From contig JBEKRC010000002.1 in the NCBI GenBank assembly GCA_049997875.1, positions 66,755-130,754 on the forward strand: a stretch of 64,000 nt of DNA. The letters run 5' to 3'. Below are positions 1 to 9,338 of the stretch, piece by piece. The stretch is from Minisyncoccia bacterium (GTDB taxonomy: Bacteria > Patescibacteriota > Minisyncoccia > UBA6257 > 2-01-FULL-56-20). Under the pieces are notes generated by a model. The model saw only the letters and a list, made by a program, of their open reading frames with translations. It had not been told where the DNA came from and searched no databases. Both the position numbers and the translations under genes were made by a program. The stretch's first letter is position 1, and every line of letters begins with the position of its first letter.

Positions 1-258
1 AACCTCCCGCAAAGGAGTGCCATCGGAAGCCTTCTGCCGGATGGTTTCGTCGTAGAGAATTACGCCGCCAAGGCCTTTCTCAATTTCCGGCGCGGTAAAG
101 AGGAGCTCGCGCCATCGCCGGCGCATATCTTCGTTTTGCGGGATGTTGCGCGCGGCGAAGCGCTTGCCCACGGTGCCCGTGCTCTCGTCCGCCGCAAGGA
201 TGCCCTTCCCGGGTGCAAGGAGGTGCGACACGGTCTCTTGAAGCAGGTGAGCGTCCAT
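1..258 (-). CDS. Fructose-bisphosphate aldolase class I, N-terminal part (runs off window)
   Basis: Manual translation from ATG at 258: MDAHLLQETVSHLLAPGKGILAADESTGTVGKRF...RRRWRELLFT...GGVILYDETIRQK, with the class I aldolase motifs GKGILAADES and GVILxxET. TATACT lies 9 nt upstream. Not in the ORF track because it is truncated. Confidence 0.92.
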   Translation of the reverse strand, partial: MDAHLLQETVSHLLAPGKGILAADESTGTVGKRFAARNIPQNEDMRRRWRELLFTAPEIEKGLGGVILYDETIRQKASDGTPLREV

Positions 259-403
259 GTACTTCCAAGTATAGCGGATGCAGATAGAATTTGCTAAACG
301 CCTGGTGCCGAGGGCGTACGAAGCGCATCAGTTGGCATTCCAGGATAAAATACTATAATAACAAGAGCGGACGGAACAGGTGCGTGACGAAAGGAGGTTC
401 CCG

Positions 404-685
404 GTGATTAGGTTGTTGAAGATTTGGGCGGTAGAAACGGCAGTGGGATATCTTTGGATCAAGGTGGCCGAGATTTTCGTTTTGAGTACCTTGATCATTT
501 GTTGCCGATGGTTCGCACCGTGGTTTTGGGGCGCGTGGCTTTATCCACGCCTCCAGGCATTGATGTGGTGTGCCTGGAGACATCGGGTGATTGTCATCGT
601 TTCCTATCTCCTTTTGGTCGTTTTTTCCAAAGGGGTCGGGTACGTGATGATGCGCTGGTGGAAATCCACCAGAGGCAAGACTTAG
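404..685 (+). CDS. Small hypothetical membrane protein
   Basis: Hydrophobic Trp-rich ORF (track 380..685). AGGAGGT just before GTG at 404, TATAAT at 354-359. Confidence 0.5.
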   Translation: MIRLLKIWAVETAVGYLWIKVAEIFVLSTLIICCRWFAPWFWGAWLYPRLQALMWCAWRHRVIVIVSYLLLVVFSKGVGYVMMRWWKSTRGKT

Positions 686-783
686 GTGCCGCCGGAAACA
701 TCGGGTTACCGGCGGCTTTCTTATTCGGCTATTTGCTTGGTTACCAGAACACAACAAAAGGAGGTCAAAAAAATGCTGGCTGC

Positions 784-813
784 GTGGGACGCTGTGGGAA
801 CCTTCTTGATAAG
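784..813. repeat. 30-bp direct repeat, copy 1
   Basis: GTGGGACGCTGTGGGAAC-cttc-TTGATAAG, matching 1465-1494. Confidence 0.85.
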
Positions 814-841
814 GACCAAAACAGAAGTCCCCACCGGCTAA

Positions 842-1390
842 TCAAAGCAGATGGGGACGGATTACGACGAAAACGACCATGGCCGTCTCAATCGTCGTGA
901 ACACAAGGGGTTGAAGCGCGTTCGCCAAGTTCCATTTCTTAATGGCGAAAAGCGCACAAACGCATGAGAGGAACCAGATTGACCATGCAATCGGGTCTTC
1001 CTGTTTGGGATTGCGATAGCCATCGACGATGGTGGGAACCCCGCCGACGAGCGTCGCGATTTGTGCACAGACAAGGCCGAGGAGCGCATCATTTTTCACT
1101 TGCCAGAGAATAATGCCCAAGGCAGCGATTGCGATTGTGATCCATTCGACGGAACCCATGCTTGGTTTCCCAAAGACGAGCGCGAGAATCGCGACAGCTG
1201 ATGCTCCTACAACAGCTCCCGTGAGCTGCCCGATTGCTGCCTTCTCCTTCCTCATCGCGATGAGCGAAAGTGCATCAATGCTTGCCCAGATCGCCCATGA
1301 GACAGGGGATGGCACCGTTTGGTGGTGGAGGATCGCCCAGATGTAGGGCAGAAACGCGACGAAGAACAGAATACCTGAAAGGGTGTTCAT
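842..1390 (-). CDS. Hypothetical multi-pass membrane protein (PQ-loop-like duplicated helical repeat)
   Basis: 182 aa, about 6 hydrophobic helices, internally repeated P...P....W.IW pattern, AGGAGG SD. Confidence 0.8.
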   Translation of the reverse strand: MNTLSGILFFVAFLPYIWAILHHQTVPSPVSWAIWASIDALSLIAMRKEKAAIGQLTGAVVGASAVAILALVFGKPSMGSVEWITIAIAALGIILWQVKNDALLGLVCAQIATLVGGVPTIVDGYRNPKQEDPIAWSIWFLSCVCALFAIKKWNLANALQPLVFTTIETAMVVFVVIRPHLL

Positions 1391-1426
1391 GCAGCCTCCT
1401 TCATAATGGAAATGAACTACAGAAAC

Positions 1427-1455
1427 ATGATAGCATATTATTCGCTACCTGTCAA
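1427..1455 (-). promoter_or_regulatory. Sigma70-type promoter for 842..1390
   Basis: TTGACA-17 nt-TATCAT on the minus strand. Confidence 0.65.
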
Positions 1456-1464
1456 GCTGAACGT

Positions 1465-1494
1465 GTGGGACGCTGTGGGAACTTATTTGATAAG
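1465..1494. repeat. 30-bp direct repeat, copy 2
   Basis: GTGGGACGCTGTGGGAAC-ttat-TTGATAAG. Confidence 0.85.
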
Positions 1495-1764
1495 AATGTA
1501 ATTACTGGTTCATCACCTGCCGAGCCTTGTTAGATAAAATTTCATCTTCGTGGTGTGGCACCCCTGCTTTTTTCCTCTCAAGGATTTTTCCTACGAGGTA
1601 TTTCTGGTGGGGCCTTATCTTCACGATCATCGGCGCGGCAGGAACTATCATCTTCGGCGTCCTCAGAATCGGAGCTTATGAGGCGCATGGCCCCATAACC
1701 TTGCTTTATACCACCATGCCGGTGAACATCTTTATGATTCTGCTCTTCGCGAGCCTTCCAATAG

Positions 1765-1835
1765 CTGCGGGGCCTGGATTCGGACCAGGATAAACGGCTC
1801 CAAAGGCCGCTGTCCTACCATTAGACGACCCCGCA
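1765..1835 (-). tRNA. tRNA-Gln(UUG), CCA not encoded
   Basis: Cloverleaf: acceptor TGCGGGG/CCCCGCA, D-arm GTC-TAATGGTAG-GAC, anticodon arm GCGGC-CTTTGGA-GCCGT, T-arm CCTGG-TCCGAAT-CCAGG. Confidence 0.95.
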
Positions 1836-1918
1836 ATAGTGCACAAGTGCACCTGTATAATGTATTATAAAATGGAAAGGGTCGCAAGAAAAAAATAAAC
1901 TTATTAAATACCAACCTT

Positions 1919-2527
1919 ATGAAATACGAACTGCCAAAACTGCCGTACGCCTACGACGCGTTGGAACCGTACCTTGACGCGAAGACGATGGAGATTCACC
2001 ACGCGAAGCATCATCAGGCGTACGTGAACAATCTGAATGCGGCATTGGAAAAGCATCCGGAGATCGCGGACCGGTCGCTTGAGGAACTTTTGCGGTCGCT
2101 GGATTCCGTGCCGGAGGACATCCGCACGGCGGTGCACAACCACGGCGGGGGGCACGCGAACCACTCGTTTTTTTGGGTCACCATGGCAGGGCCGGACAAT
2201 GGCGGAGGTGGCGAACCGAGCGGGAAAATAGGGGATGCGATTGCGCAGGCATTCGGCGGATTTCCGAAATTCAAAGAGGAGTTTACGAAAGCGGCTGGGG
2301 GCGTTTTTGGAAGCGGTTGGGCGTGGCTCGTGCGTGACGCAAACGGCAAACTGACCGTCACAACGACGCCGAACCAGGACAGCCCGCTCACAAAAGGGCA
2401 GACGCCGATTCTTTGCTTGGACGTATGGGAGCACGCGTACTATATTTTGTACACCTCAAATCGAGGAGAATATGTAAAAAACTGGTGGAACGTGGTGAAT
2501 TGGGAAGAGGCGGAGAAGAGGTTATAA
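1919..2527 (+). CDS. sodA: Superoxide dismutase, Mn-type signature
   Basis: [40 protein letters not shown]. Confidence 0.96.
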   Translation: MKYELPKLPYAYDALEPYLDAKTMEIHHAKHHQAYVNNLNAALEKHPEIADRSLEELLRSLDSVPEDIRTAVHNHGGGHANHSFFWVTMAGPDNGGGGEPSGKIGDAIAQAFGGFPKFKEEFTKAAGGVFGSGWAWLVRDANGKLTVTTTPNQDSPLTKGQTPILCLDVWEHAYYILYTSNRGEYVKNWWNVVNWEEAEKRL

Positions 2528-2587
2528 ACAACAGTTTTTCTGCGGATTTTCTGTTTTTGATGGTAAATGATGGTAAAATGATGGGGA

Positions 2588-5500
2588 ATGACTCCCGCGA
2601 GAAACGATGACAAAACGAGGAGCGTGTTTGATGTGCATACGGAGAAAGCCCGCATGTCAAGACACTCGCTCAAAGAAATTATCTATGGCAGGAACGTTCT
2701 CAATTTGCGGCCTGGATTCGGGAAGCGCCACCCGTGGTGGTCGCTTGTAATCCTTCTTGTTCTGATCGGCGGCATTTTCTGGAGTATTCGGAAGCTTTCC
2801 ACTCGCGCAGAGGTGAGCGATTTTTTCCCGCTTACGTGTTTGGGCAGTTGGCAGAACCCGGCGAATGCCCAAGGGAAGCCCGAGAGCCTGGATGCTTCGT
2901 CCACGGCGATTACGGCAGACAATGCGAGCGTATATGACCCAATCTCGCCCTTGTCGCAGATCTTTTGCGGCGCGTTTGTGCCGCCCGATTATAAAACGGA
3001 AGGCGACATGAAAGGCGTCGGCTTGACGCTCGTATGGAATATCCCGGGATTCACGACGGCGACAGCGACAGCAGCAGAGGAGGGAACTGCCACGAGCACT
3101 GCCACTGGCACCGTTCCCACTGCGCCAACCACTACTACGCCAACCACCACCGCACCCGAAGCGACGAGCACTTCGTGGCTCTTTAATGCGCAACTCCTTA
3201 ATGTCGCGTTTGCGGATACAACGGACACAGTGAGCACGGTTCCGGCCTCAAGCGACACAGACATTGCGCCGCCCACTCCTCCGCCCGCGCCCACTCCTCC
3301 TCCGCCGCCATCCGAACCGACGACAACCGAGGCCACCGCCTCTACGACGCCGAGCGGCACCGTGATCATGGCACCGCCGGTCACGGCAACGCTCACTGCG
3401 ACCGGATCCGATGTTACTGCACCGCCCGCGGCGAGCGCCGCCACCTCCTCTGTGCCGGTCTTCGCTCCGCCGCCCCCGCCTGACGACAACTTCCTGAAAG
3501 TAAGTTACAGCTTGGATGGTCAGACGTGGATTGATCTTGCGACAGTGAATCAGGACAACTGGCAGAACTTCACAGCGACCCTTCCCGTGACGAGCTGGGA
3601 CGATCTCAAAAAGCTTCAGGTGAGGATTGAAGGGATTCCGACCGCGCTCACGCAGATCCCCAAAGTATATTTGGACGGGATGTTTGTTGAGGTGCACTAT
3701 GAGATCCCACCGGCATCGCCAATTTCGCTCGGCGGAAGTACTGCCGCAACGCCGTCCGCGGCGACCACCTCGGAAGTCATCGTCCTCCCGCCGACCCAAC
3801 AGCCAGTCCCTGTCAATCAGAATAGCGATTTCAAGGCAAACGAGTCGCCGACATTTGATTTCAACTTGAACGCGCTTCCCGGGCCGACTTCCACTACCGA
3901 GCCAGCACCGGCGCCCGCAGCTCCGGAAGTGGCTCCAACTTCCTCTCCTCCGGCTACGACCACGCCCTCCAGTACGAGCCTTTCTCGTCCACCTTCTCCA
4001 TTGTCTTTTTTTTTCCGGGCTGCGGATTTTTTCCGGACCGTAGGGAAAGCGGCAGCGCACGCCATTGGGCTTGATCGTTGGTTCACTGCCTACGCGCAGT
4101 TATCTCCGAACCAGAGCCAGCTTCCCGACGCGAATAATCCGATCATCGCGCAAATCTTCGGACCCGACGGGAAACTGACAAACCTCCAGCCCGTGATCCT
4201 CGTCACGGGCGGCAACCTCCGCGTGATACTGCCAAACCAGGGCCGCGCATTCATGCCAGGCGGGTATCTTATGAAACTTTTGATTTGGCAGAATGGCGTG
4301 GCGTACCAGACGCAGAGCGATTTCAGCTGGGGCGTGCTCGCGGTGAATTTCAACAAGTCAATTTATAAGAAGGGGGATACCGCGAAGATCGGATTAGGAT
4401 TCCTTAATCCCACGGGGCATACGATCTGCGACGGCAATATTGCGATGGATATCTCCTCGCCGTCGGGAAAGATTTATCATTTTTCGACCGGCAACAAGAC
4501 AATCCTGCGGGGACCGCACTGCGCCATGCAATCATTTACGAATGATCCGGATTATTCAGCCACGCTCATTGCCGCCGAAACCGGAACCTACAACGTGGCT
4601 ATCGCGGCGCAGGATCCCTCAACGGGAGACGCGATGAAGGCGAGCGACAGTTTTGAGGCGCAAACCGATCCGCAGTTTGACGTGGAGCGCGCGGAGGCGA
4701 CCAGGATCTATCCGCCGATGACCTATCGGGCGACGATCAAAATCATTCCGAACGCGGATTACGCGGGGCCGGTGACCGAAACCGTGCCGAGCGGATTCAC
4801 GGTGACAACCGATGTTCCCACGGATATGACGACGAGCGGCGACGATCAGACGATCACCTGGCAGGTTGTTTTTAAGAAGGGCATAGAATCGGATTTCGGA
4901 TATTCTTTCAAGGCGCCGGATGCAAGCCCGGAACTTTATAAATTGGGGCCGCTTACGATCGGCAGCTGGCAGGAGTCGCGGCAGTGGCAGATCGCGGCCG
5001 ACGCGATAGCGAAGACGAAAGTTTTTATCATCAGTACCGCTTCCACGACGTGGAAGGTGCCGAATGATTGGGACAATGCGAGCAATACGATTGAGGCCAT
5101 AGGAGCGGGAGGAGGAGGAACGGCGGGTACCAATTCAAACAGAGGAGGCGCAGGAGGAGGCGGAGGTGCGTATGCAGAAATAATCAACAAAACACTCACT
5201 ATCGGTGCCAGCACCACCATTCAAGTCGGTTTAGGGGCTACGGCGGCAAGCGGAACGGACACCTTTTTCGGAAGCTCAACCTGCGCAACGTCTTTCGTTT
5301 GTGCTAAAGGTGGGCAGGCAACAACTACGAAAACGAGTTATGGTCTTGGCGGGGCGAGTTCTACGAGCGTAGGAAGCACCACCTATCCGGGTGGCAACGG
5401 TGGCCCGGGCAACTCAAGTTATGGAAGCTACGGTGGTGGCGGTGGTGGTGCGGGAGGGAAGAGCGGGGCGGGAAGCGCAGGACTCGGGACTGCCACAAGC

Positions 5501-7294
5501 ACGGGCGGAAATGCTGACCTCAACAACGTGACAGGAGGGGCCATCAACACTGCCGGGAATACCGGCACGGAATGGGATTCAACTCACGGTTCGGGAAGTG
5601 GGTCGGGAGGGCGGAACACTAGCGCCGCGGGAATTGCGGGAGTGGTCTATGGCGGAGGCGGAGGCGGCGGGTATGGAACGACGGGAGGCAGCGCGGGAGG
5701 AAACGGTATAATCGTCATCACCTATCTCCCGCGCTATATCATCCTTGGTACTACTACCCAGCCATCGAACATTACGATAGGGCCGGGCGCGGCGGCGACG
5801 ACGAGCAATGCATTTACCTTTGCGACCGACGACGGCACAAGCACCATAACCAGCGTGAACGTCGGCCTTTCTACGACGACGGGCATTTTTCAAGTTCAGA
5901 TTACGAATAGTTCGGGGACCACGGTATACGGCTCAAGCACGAATCCCGGGTCTACTTCTTTGACCGTCACGACGACCGCCATGGGCGTTTCCACGACCGC
6001 CACCACGTTCCGCACGCTCATTCAGCCCTTGAGTTATCCGAATATGCCGGCACCGCCCGGTGGAACCTACGTGGTCACCTCCACCATTACGGGCTGGACG
6101 GACGTTAATACGCTGGATCAGACCAGTACGCCGATCACATCAAACACCCTTACGATAGACAATCAGCAGCCGGCGAACGTGACGAATGCGTCCGGCACGG
6201 CGACCAGCTCGCAAGTGACGTTTAGTTGGACAAATTCAACAAGCTCCGATTTCGCGACGACGACCGTTCTGCGGGCAACATCTTCCGTTGCCGTCGCGCC
6301 GACCAACGGGACAACCACCTACGTCAGCGAGGCCATCAATGCGACGACCACCGTCGCCTGCGTCGTCGCCTCAAGCACCGCGGGTTGCACGGATACGAGT
6401 CTCTCCACCACCACATATTATTATTACGAAATTTTTGCGGCAAATACCTATGCGAACTATTCTACGGGAGTCGTGCCGGCGGGGAATCCATTCCTACCGA
6501 GCGGGAATCGACCGCCGACCGTTTCAAAAGTCGTTCTCAACGGAAATGCGGCGATTGTTTTAAATCCTGGTGGCACGCAGACGGTTACGGCAGTCGCGTC
6601 GACAACCGACCCGGACGGAGCGGGTGATATCCGGTATGCCACATCAACCATTTATCTGTCGAGTGTTGGATCAAATTGCACGGCCAACAACCTGAACTGC
6701 TACCAGGTCCCGAGTTCGAGTTGCAGCTTCAGCAATTCCACGAGCACCGTGAGCTGTTCGGCAAACATCTATTACTTCGCGGACGCCACGGATGCGTCTT
6801 CAAGCTTCAATGGTCAGACGTGGAATGCCGCTATCACCGTTACTGACAGCGCGAGCAACACAAACACTTCCTCAACCGCAAGCGGGGTAACGCTGCAAAC
6901 GCTGCTCGCGATGAGCGTCGCGCCGACCAGCATCACTTACGGGACCTTGGCGCCGGCAGGGACGAGCGCGACGAACCTCACGACCACGGTTCAGAACGCA
7001 GGCAACTGCTCAACCACGCTCCAGTTGTCCGTGCTCGCGTCCCTTATGGGCGGCCATCCGACGACCACGCTTGTGACGAGTTCCCAGCAGTACGCGACGT
7101 CATCGGGCTTTACCTACGGCACGGGCTATGCCTTGAGCAGCACACCGGTCACGTTGAACGGCTTCACCCTTGCGGCGCCCGTCTCAACGACATCCGTGTC
7201 GGGTAATATTTTTTGGGGGCTGCGAGTTCCGACGGGTACTCCTACCGGTACCTACCTGGGCACAACTACCTTTTCTGCCCTTTATCATCTGTAA
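2588..7294 (+). CDS. Giant surface protein (N-terminal TM, Pro/Thr linkers, Gly-rich domain, FN3-like, C-terminal WxL-like beta domain)
   Basis: 1568 aa ORF: TM near aa 50-68, P/T-rich tracts, GAGGGG repeats, YYYYEIFA FN3-like strand, C-terminus paralogous to the next gene. Confidence 0.85.
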   Translation: MTPARNDDKTRSVFDVHTEKARMSRHSLKEIIYGRNVLNLRPGFGKRHPWWSLVILLVLIGGIFWSIRKLSTRAEVSDFFPLTCLGSWQNPANAQGKPESLDASSTAITADNASVYDPISPLSQIFCGAFVPPDYKTEGDMKGVGLTLVWNIPGFTTATATAAEEGTATSTATGTVPTAPTTTTPTTTAPEATSTSWLFNAQLLNVAFADTTDTVSTVPASSDTDIAPPTPPPAPTPPPPPSEPTTTEATASTTPSGTVIMAPPVTATLTATGSDVTAPPAASAATSSVPVFAPPPPPDDNFLKVSYSLDGQTWIDLATVNQDNWQNFTATLPVTSWDDLKKLQVRIEGIPTALTQIPKVYLDGMFVEVHYEIPPASPISLGGSTAATPSAATTSEVIVLPPTQQPVPVNQNSDFKANESPTFDFNLNALPGPTSTTEPAPAPAAPEVAPTSSPPATTTPSSTSLSRPPSPLSFFFRAADFFRTVGKAAAHAIGLDRWFTAYAQLSPNQSQLPDANNPIIAQIFGPDGKLTNLQPVILVTGGNLRVILPNQGRAFMPGGYLMKLLIWQNGVAYQTQSDFSWGVLAVNFNKSIYKKGDTAKIGLGFLNPTGHTICDGNIAMDISSPSGKIYHFSTGNKTILRGPHCAMQSFTNDPDYSATLIAAETGTYNVAIAAQDPSTGDAMKASDSFEAQTDPQFDVERAEATRIYPPMTYRATIKIIPNADYAGPVTETVPSGFTVTTDVPTDMTTSGDDQTITWQVVFKKGIESDFGYSFKAPDASPELYKLGPLTIGSWQESRQWQIAADAIAKTKVFIISTASTTWKVPNDWDNASNTIEAIGAGGGGTAGTNSNRGGAGGGGGAYAEIINKTLTIGASTTIQVGLGATAASGTDTFFGSSTCATSFVCAKGGQATTTKTSYGLGGASSTSVGSTTYPGGNGGPGNSSYGSYGGGGGGAGGKSGAGSAGLGTATSTGGNADLNNVTGGAINTAGNTGTEWDSTHGSGSGSGGRNTSAAGIAGVVYGGGGGGGYGTTGGSAGGNGIIVITYLPRYIILGTTTQPSNITIGPGAAATTSNAFTFATDDGTSTITSVNVGLSTTTGIFQVQITNSSGTTVYGSSTNPGSTSLTVTTTAMGVSTTATTFRTLIQPLSYPNMPAPPGGTYVVTSTITGWTDVNTLDQTSTPITSNTLTIDNQQPANVTNASGTATSSQVTFSWTNSTSSDFATTTVLRATSSVAVAPTNGTTTYVSEAINATTTVACVVASSTAGCTDTSLSTTTYYYYEIFAANTYANYSTGVVPAGNPFLPSGNRPPTVSKVVLNGNAAIVLNPGGTQTVTAVASTTDPDGAGDIRYATSTIYLSSVGSNCTANNLNCYQVPSSSCSFSNSTSTVSCSANIYYFADATDASSSFNGQTWNAAITVTDSASNTNTSSTASGVTLQTLLAMSVAPTSITYGTLAPAGTSATNLTTTVQNAGNCSTTLQLSVLASLMGGHPTTTLVTSSQQYATSSGFTYGTGYALSSTPVTLNGFTLAAPVSTTSVSGNIFWGLRVPTGTPTGTYLGTTTFSALYHL
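7064..7162. repeat. 99-bp near-identical repeat, copy 1
   Basis: 98/99 identical to 8061-8159. Confidence 0.93.
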
Positions 7295-7346
7295 TAGTTA
7301 TCCACAGGTAAGAAACATCCATTTTGCTATAATAATACTAAGCTGG

Positions 7347-8291
7347 ATGGATAAAAAGCTTATACAGATTTTGGTCGTTACTGCCCTTGCCACAGCCGCT
7401 TTTTTGTTGGTCGCCCAAACCGTTTTCGGTACTGCGACGACTACCAGTGTTACGAGTAGTGCGACCGTGACGACCACGGCGCCCATTGTTTCCTTCGTTT
7501 CAGGCCCGAATGGAGGTACGGCTATCAGCCTTAACGCCAATACGACAACGCCGATCTCCGTCGCCGTCACGGTCACCGATTATAACGGCTGCACGGATTT
7601 TAATAACAGCACCGAGACCATAGCGTTGTTCCGCGGCGATATCGCATCCTCGTCGTGCCTCACGAGCAGCACGCCGAACCCGCTCTTTTGCTATGTGGCC
7701 AGCGCATTTTCAACATCGACTTGCCCCGGCGGCTTTACCGCAAACGCCACCACAACGTTCTCCATGTACTATTTCGCCTCGCCGACCGACAACGCCTCCT
7801 ATACCTATAATGGAAAGGGTTGGCAAGGGGCTATAACAGTCACAAATCCCGCCAAACTCAGCGTCAGCACCACCTCTGCGACGACTACGCTGAACAGTCT
7901 TGAGGCGATCAGCTCAACGCCAAGCTCCATAGCCTATGGAACGCTCGCGCCGGCACAAGTCAACAGTCCTTCCGTAACCACGACGATTTCAGACGTCGGC
8001 AACACTTCAACGACGTTCCAGTTTTCGGCTACGCAATCTCTCACGGGCGGCGTGCCGACAACCACGCTTGTGACGAGTTCCCAGCAGTACGCGACGTCAT
8101 CGGGCTTTACCTACGGCACGGGCTATGCCTTGAGCAGCACGCCGGTCACGTTGAACGGCGTGTCAATCGCCGCTCCCATAAGTACCACTACGGTTTCCAC
8201 CAATATATTTTGGCTGTTGCAGGTCCCTACCGGAACGCCGACGGGAACATACAACGGCACCAACCTTTTCACGGGCCAATCGGTAAACTAG
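7347..8291 (+). CDS. Secreted Thr-rich protein, paralog of the giant protein's C-terminus
   Basis: Signal peptide MDKKLIQILVVTALATAAFLLVAQTVFG; ends IFWLLQVPTGTPTGTYNGTNLF; TGcTATAAT upstream. Confidence 0.85.
   Translation: MDKKLIQILVVTALATAAFLLVAQTVFGTATTTSVTSSATVTTTAPIVSFVSGPNGGTAISLNANTTTPISVAVTVTDYNGCTDFNNSTETIALFRGDIASSSCLTSSTPNPLFCYVASAFSTSTCPGGFTANATTTFSMYYFASPTDNASYTYNGKGWQGAITVTNPAKLSVSTTSATTTLNSLEAISSTPSSIAYGTLAPAQVNSPSVTTTISDVGNTSTTFQFSATQSLTGGVPTTTLVTSSQQYATSSGFTYGTGYALSSTPVTLNGVSIAAPISTTTVSTNIFWLLQVPTGTPTGTYNGTNLFTGQSVN
8061..8159. repeat. 99-bp near-identical repeat, copy 2
   Basis: 98/99 identical to 7064-7162. Confidence 0.93.
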
Positions 8292-8387
8292 GGACTTAGC
8301 GGTTTTTTTCTCTCGCTCGGCCATTCCTCCGAACGTCTTTCGTTTTGCGCGCAGGGGATGAATATGCTACCATATACCCATAACGGT

Positions 8388-9320
8388 ATGAAGCATTCTT
8401 TCCGAAAGTTTAGCCGTTTGTTTTTCATTGCCTTCGCATTCGCCGCAATATTGTTGCTGGGAAGCGCAGAAAGGAGCCTTGCGGCGTTCGGCATTTCGCC
8501 TCCCTTCATCAACGCTGACCACCTTGTGCCCGGCGTCACCTATTCGCAGACGGTCTACCTCGTGCAAGATCAGCCCGATCAAAATCTTGAAATCAGAGCG
8601 GCGTTAAGCGTGCCCGACCACATCAAGCCATGGATAAGTTTCGATACGGGAAATGATTTTATCATACCGCAGGGCACGCGCCAGTTCCCGGTACAGATCA
8701 CCATCACGGTACCGAAGGGGGAATCGCTCGGAAAGTACACGGGGAACGTGAGTTTCCAAAGCGTTCCAGGAAAAACGGGGCAAGTGACGATAGCCCTTGG
8801 GGTGAACGTATCCCTCAGCCTTACGGTTGGCAACGATATTTATGAAAAATATTCCGTCCCCCTGATCGCATTTCCGGATATTGAGGAAGGATGGAATCCG
8901 AAGGTGGCGGTGCGTTTTGAGAATGATGGCAACATACCCGAATCGTTTGACGCTGCGACGTTCGATCTTTACGATGAGTATGATGCTGTCCGCCTTGCGT
9001 TTGCGGAAAAGCAAAGCGGATTTCCAATAACACCGCCGTTCGTGACGAGCAATTACGTCATTGAATTCCCTACAAGCTTTCATTTGGGAGTAGGCGATTA
9101 CTGGGCAGTGGTGAATTTTTATAAAGATAACCAGGCGGTCGCCAGCCAGAAAACCGTGTTCCATGTCCTCCCTGCGGGATCGCTTTCGCCCACTGGATTG
9201 CTCCTCTCTTCTTTAAAAACCTACTGGTACTACTACCTCGTCGGCCTCATTGTACTTTTGCTCATCGGACGTCGGTTGTGGATATTCCGGCTGCGTAAAA
9301 AAAGAGCGGTGGTTGAGTAA
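8388..9320 (+). CDS. Membrane-anchored two-Ig-domain protein (DUF916/DUF3324 WxL-interacting-like)
   Basis: Signal peptide, GISPP start of mature domain, FENDGNI motif, C-terminal TM followed by RLRKKR. Confidence 0.65.
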   Translation: MKHSFRKFSRLFFIAFAFAAILLLGSAERSLAAFGISPPFINADHLVPGVTYSQTVYLVQDQPDQNLEIRAALSVPDHIKPWISFDTGNDFIIPQGTRQFPVQITITVPKGESLGKYTGNVSFQSVPGKTGQVTIALGVNVSLSLTVGNDIYEKYSVPLIAFPDIEEGWNPKVAVRFENDGNIPESFDAATFDLYDEYDAVRLAFAEKQSGFPITPPFVTSNYVIEFPTSFHLGVGDYWAVVNFYKDNQAVASQKTVFHVLPAGSLSPTGLLLSSLKTYWYYYLVGLIVLLLIGRRLWIFRLRKKRAVVE

Positions 9321-9338
9321 TGCCATACCATCGCGATC

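Noticed and set aside
784-1494. CRISPR array
   Set aside because: Only two repeat copies about 650 bp apart and no cas genes; no array seen anywhere in the window
1527-1793. 88-aa hydrophobic ORF
   Set aside because: TTG start without a clear initiation signal, and it runs antisense into the tRNA; could be a gene remnant but is unsupported
7064-8159. DGR template/variable repeat pair
   Set aside because: A single synonymous mismatch, both copies inside coding genes, and no reverse transcriptase in the window
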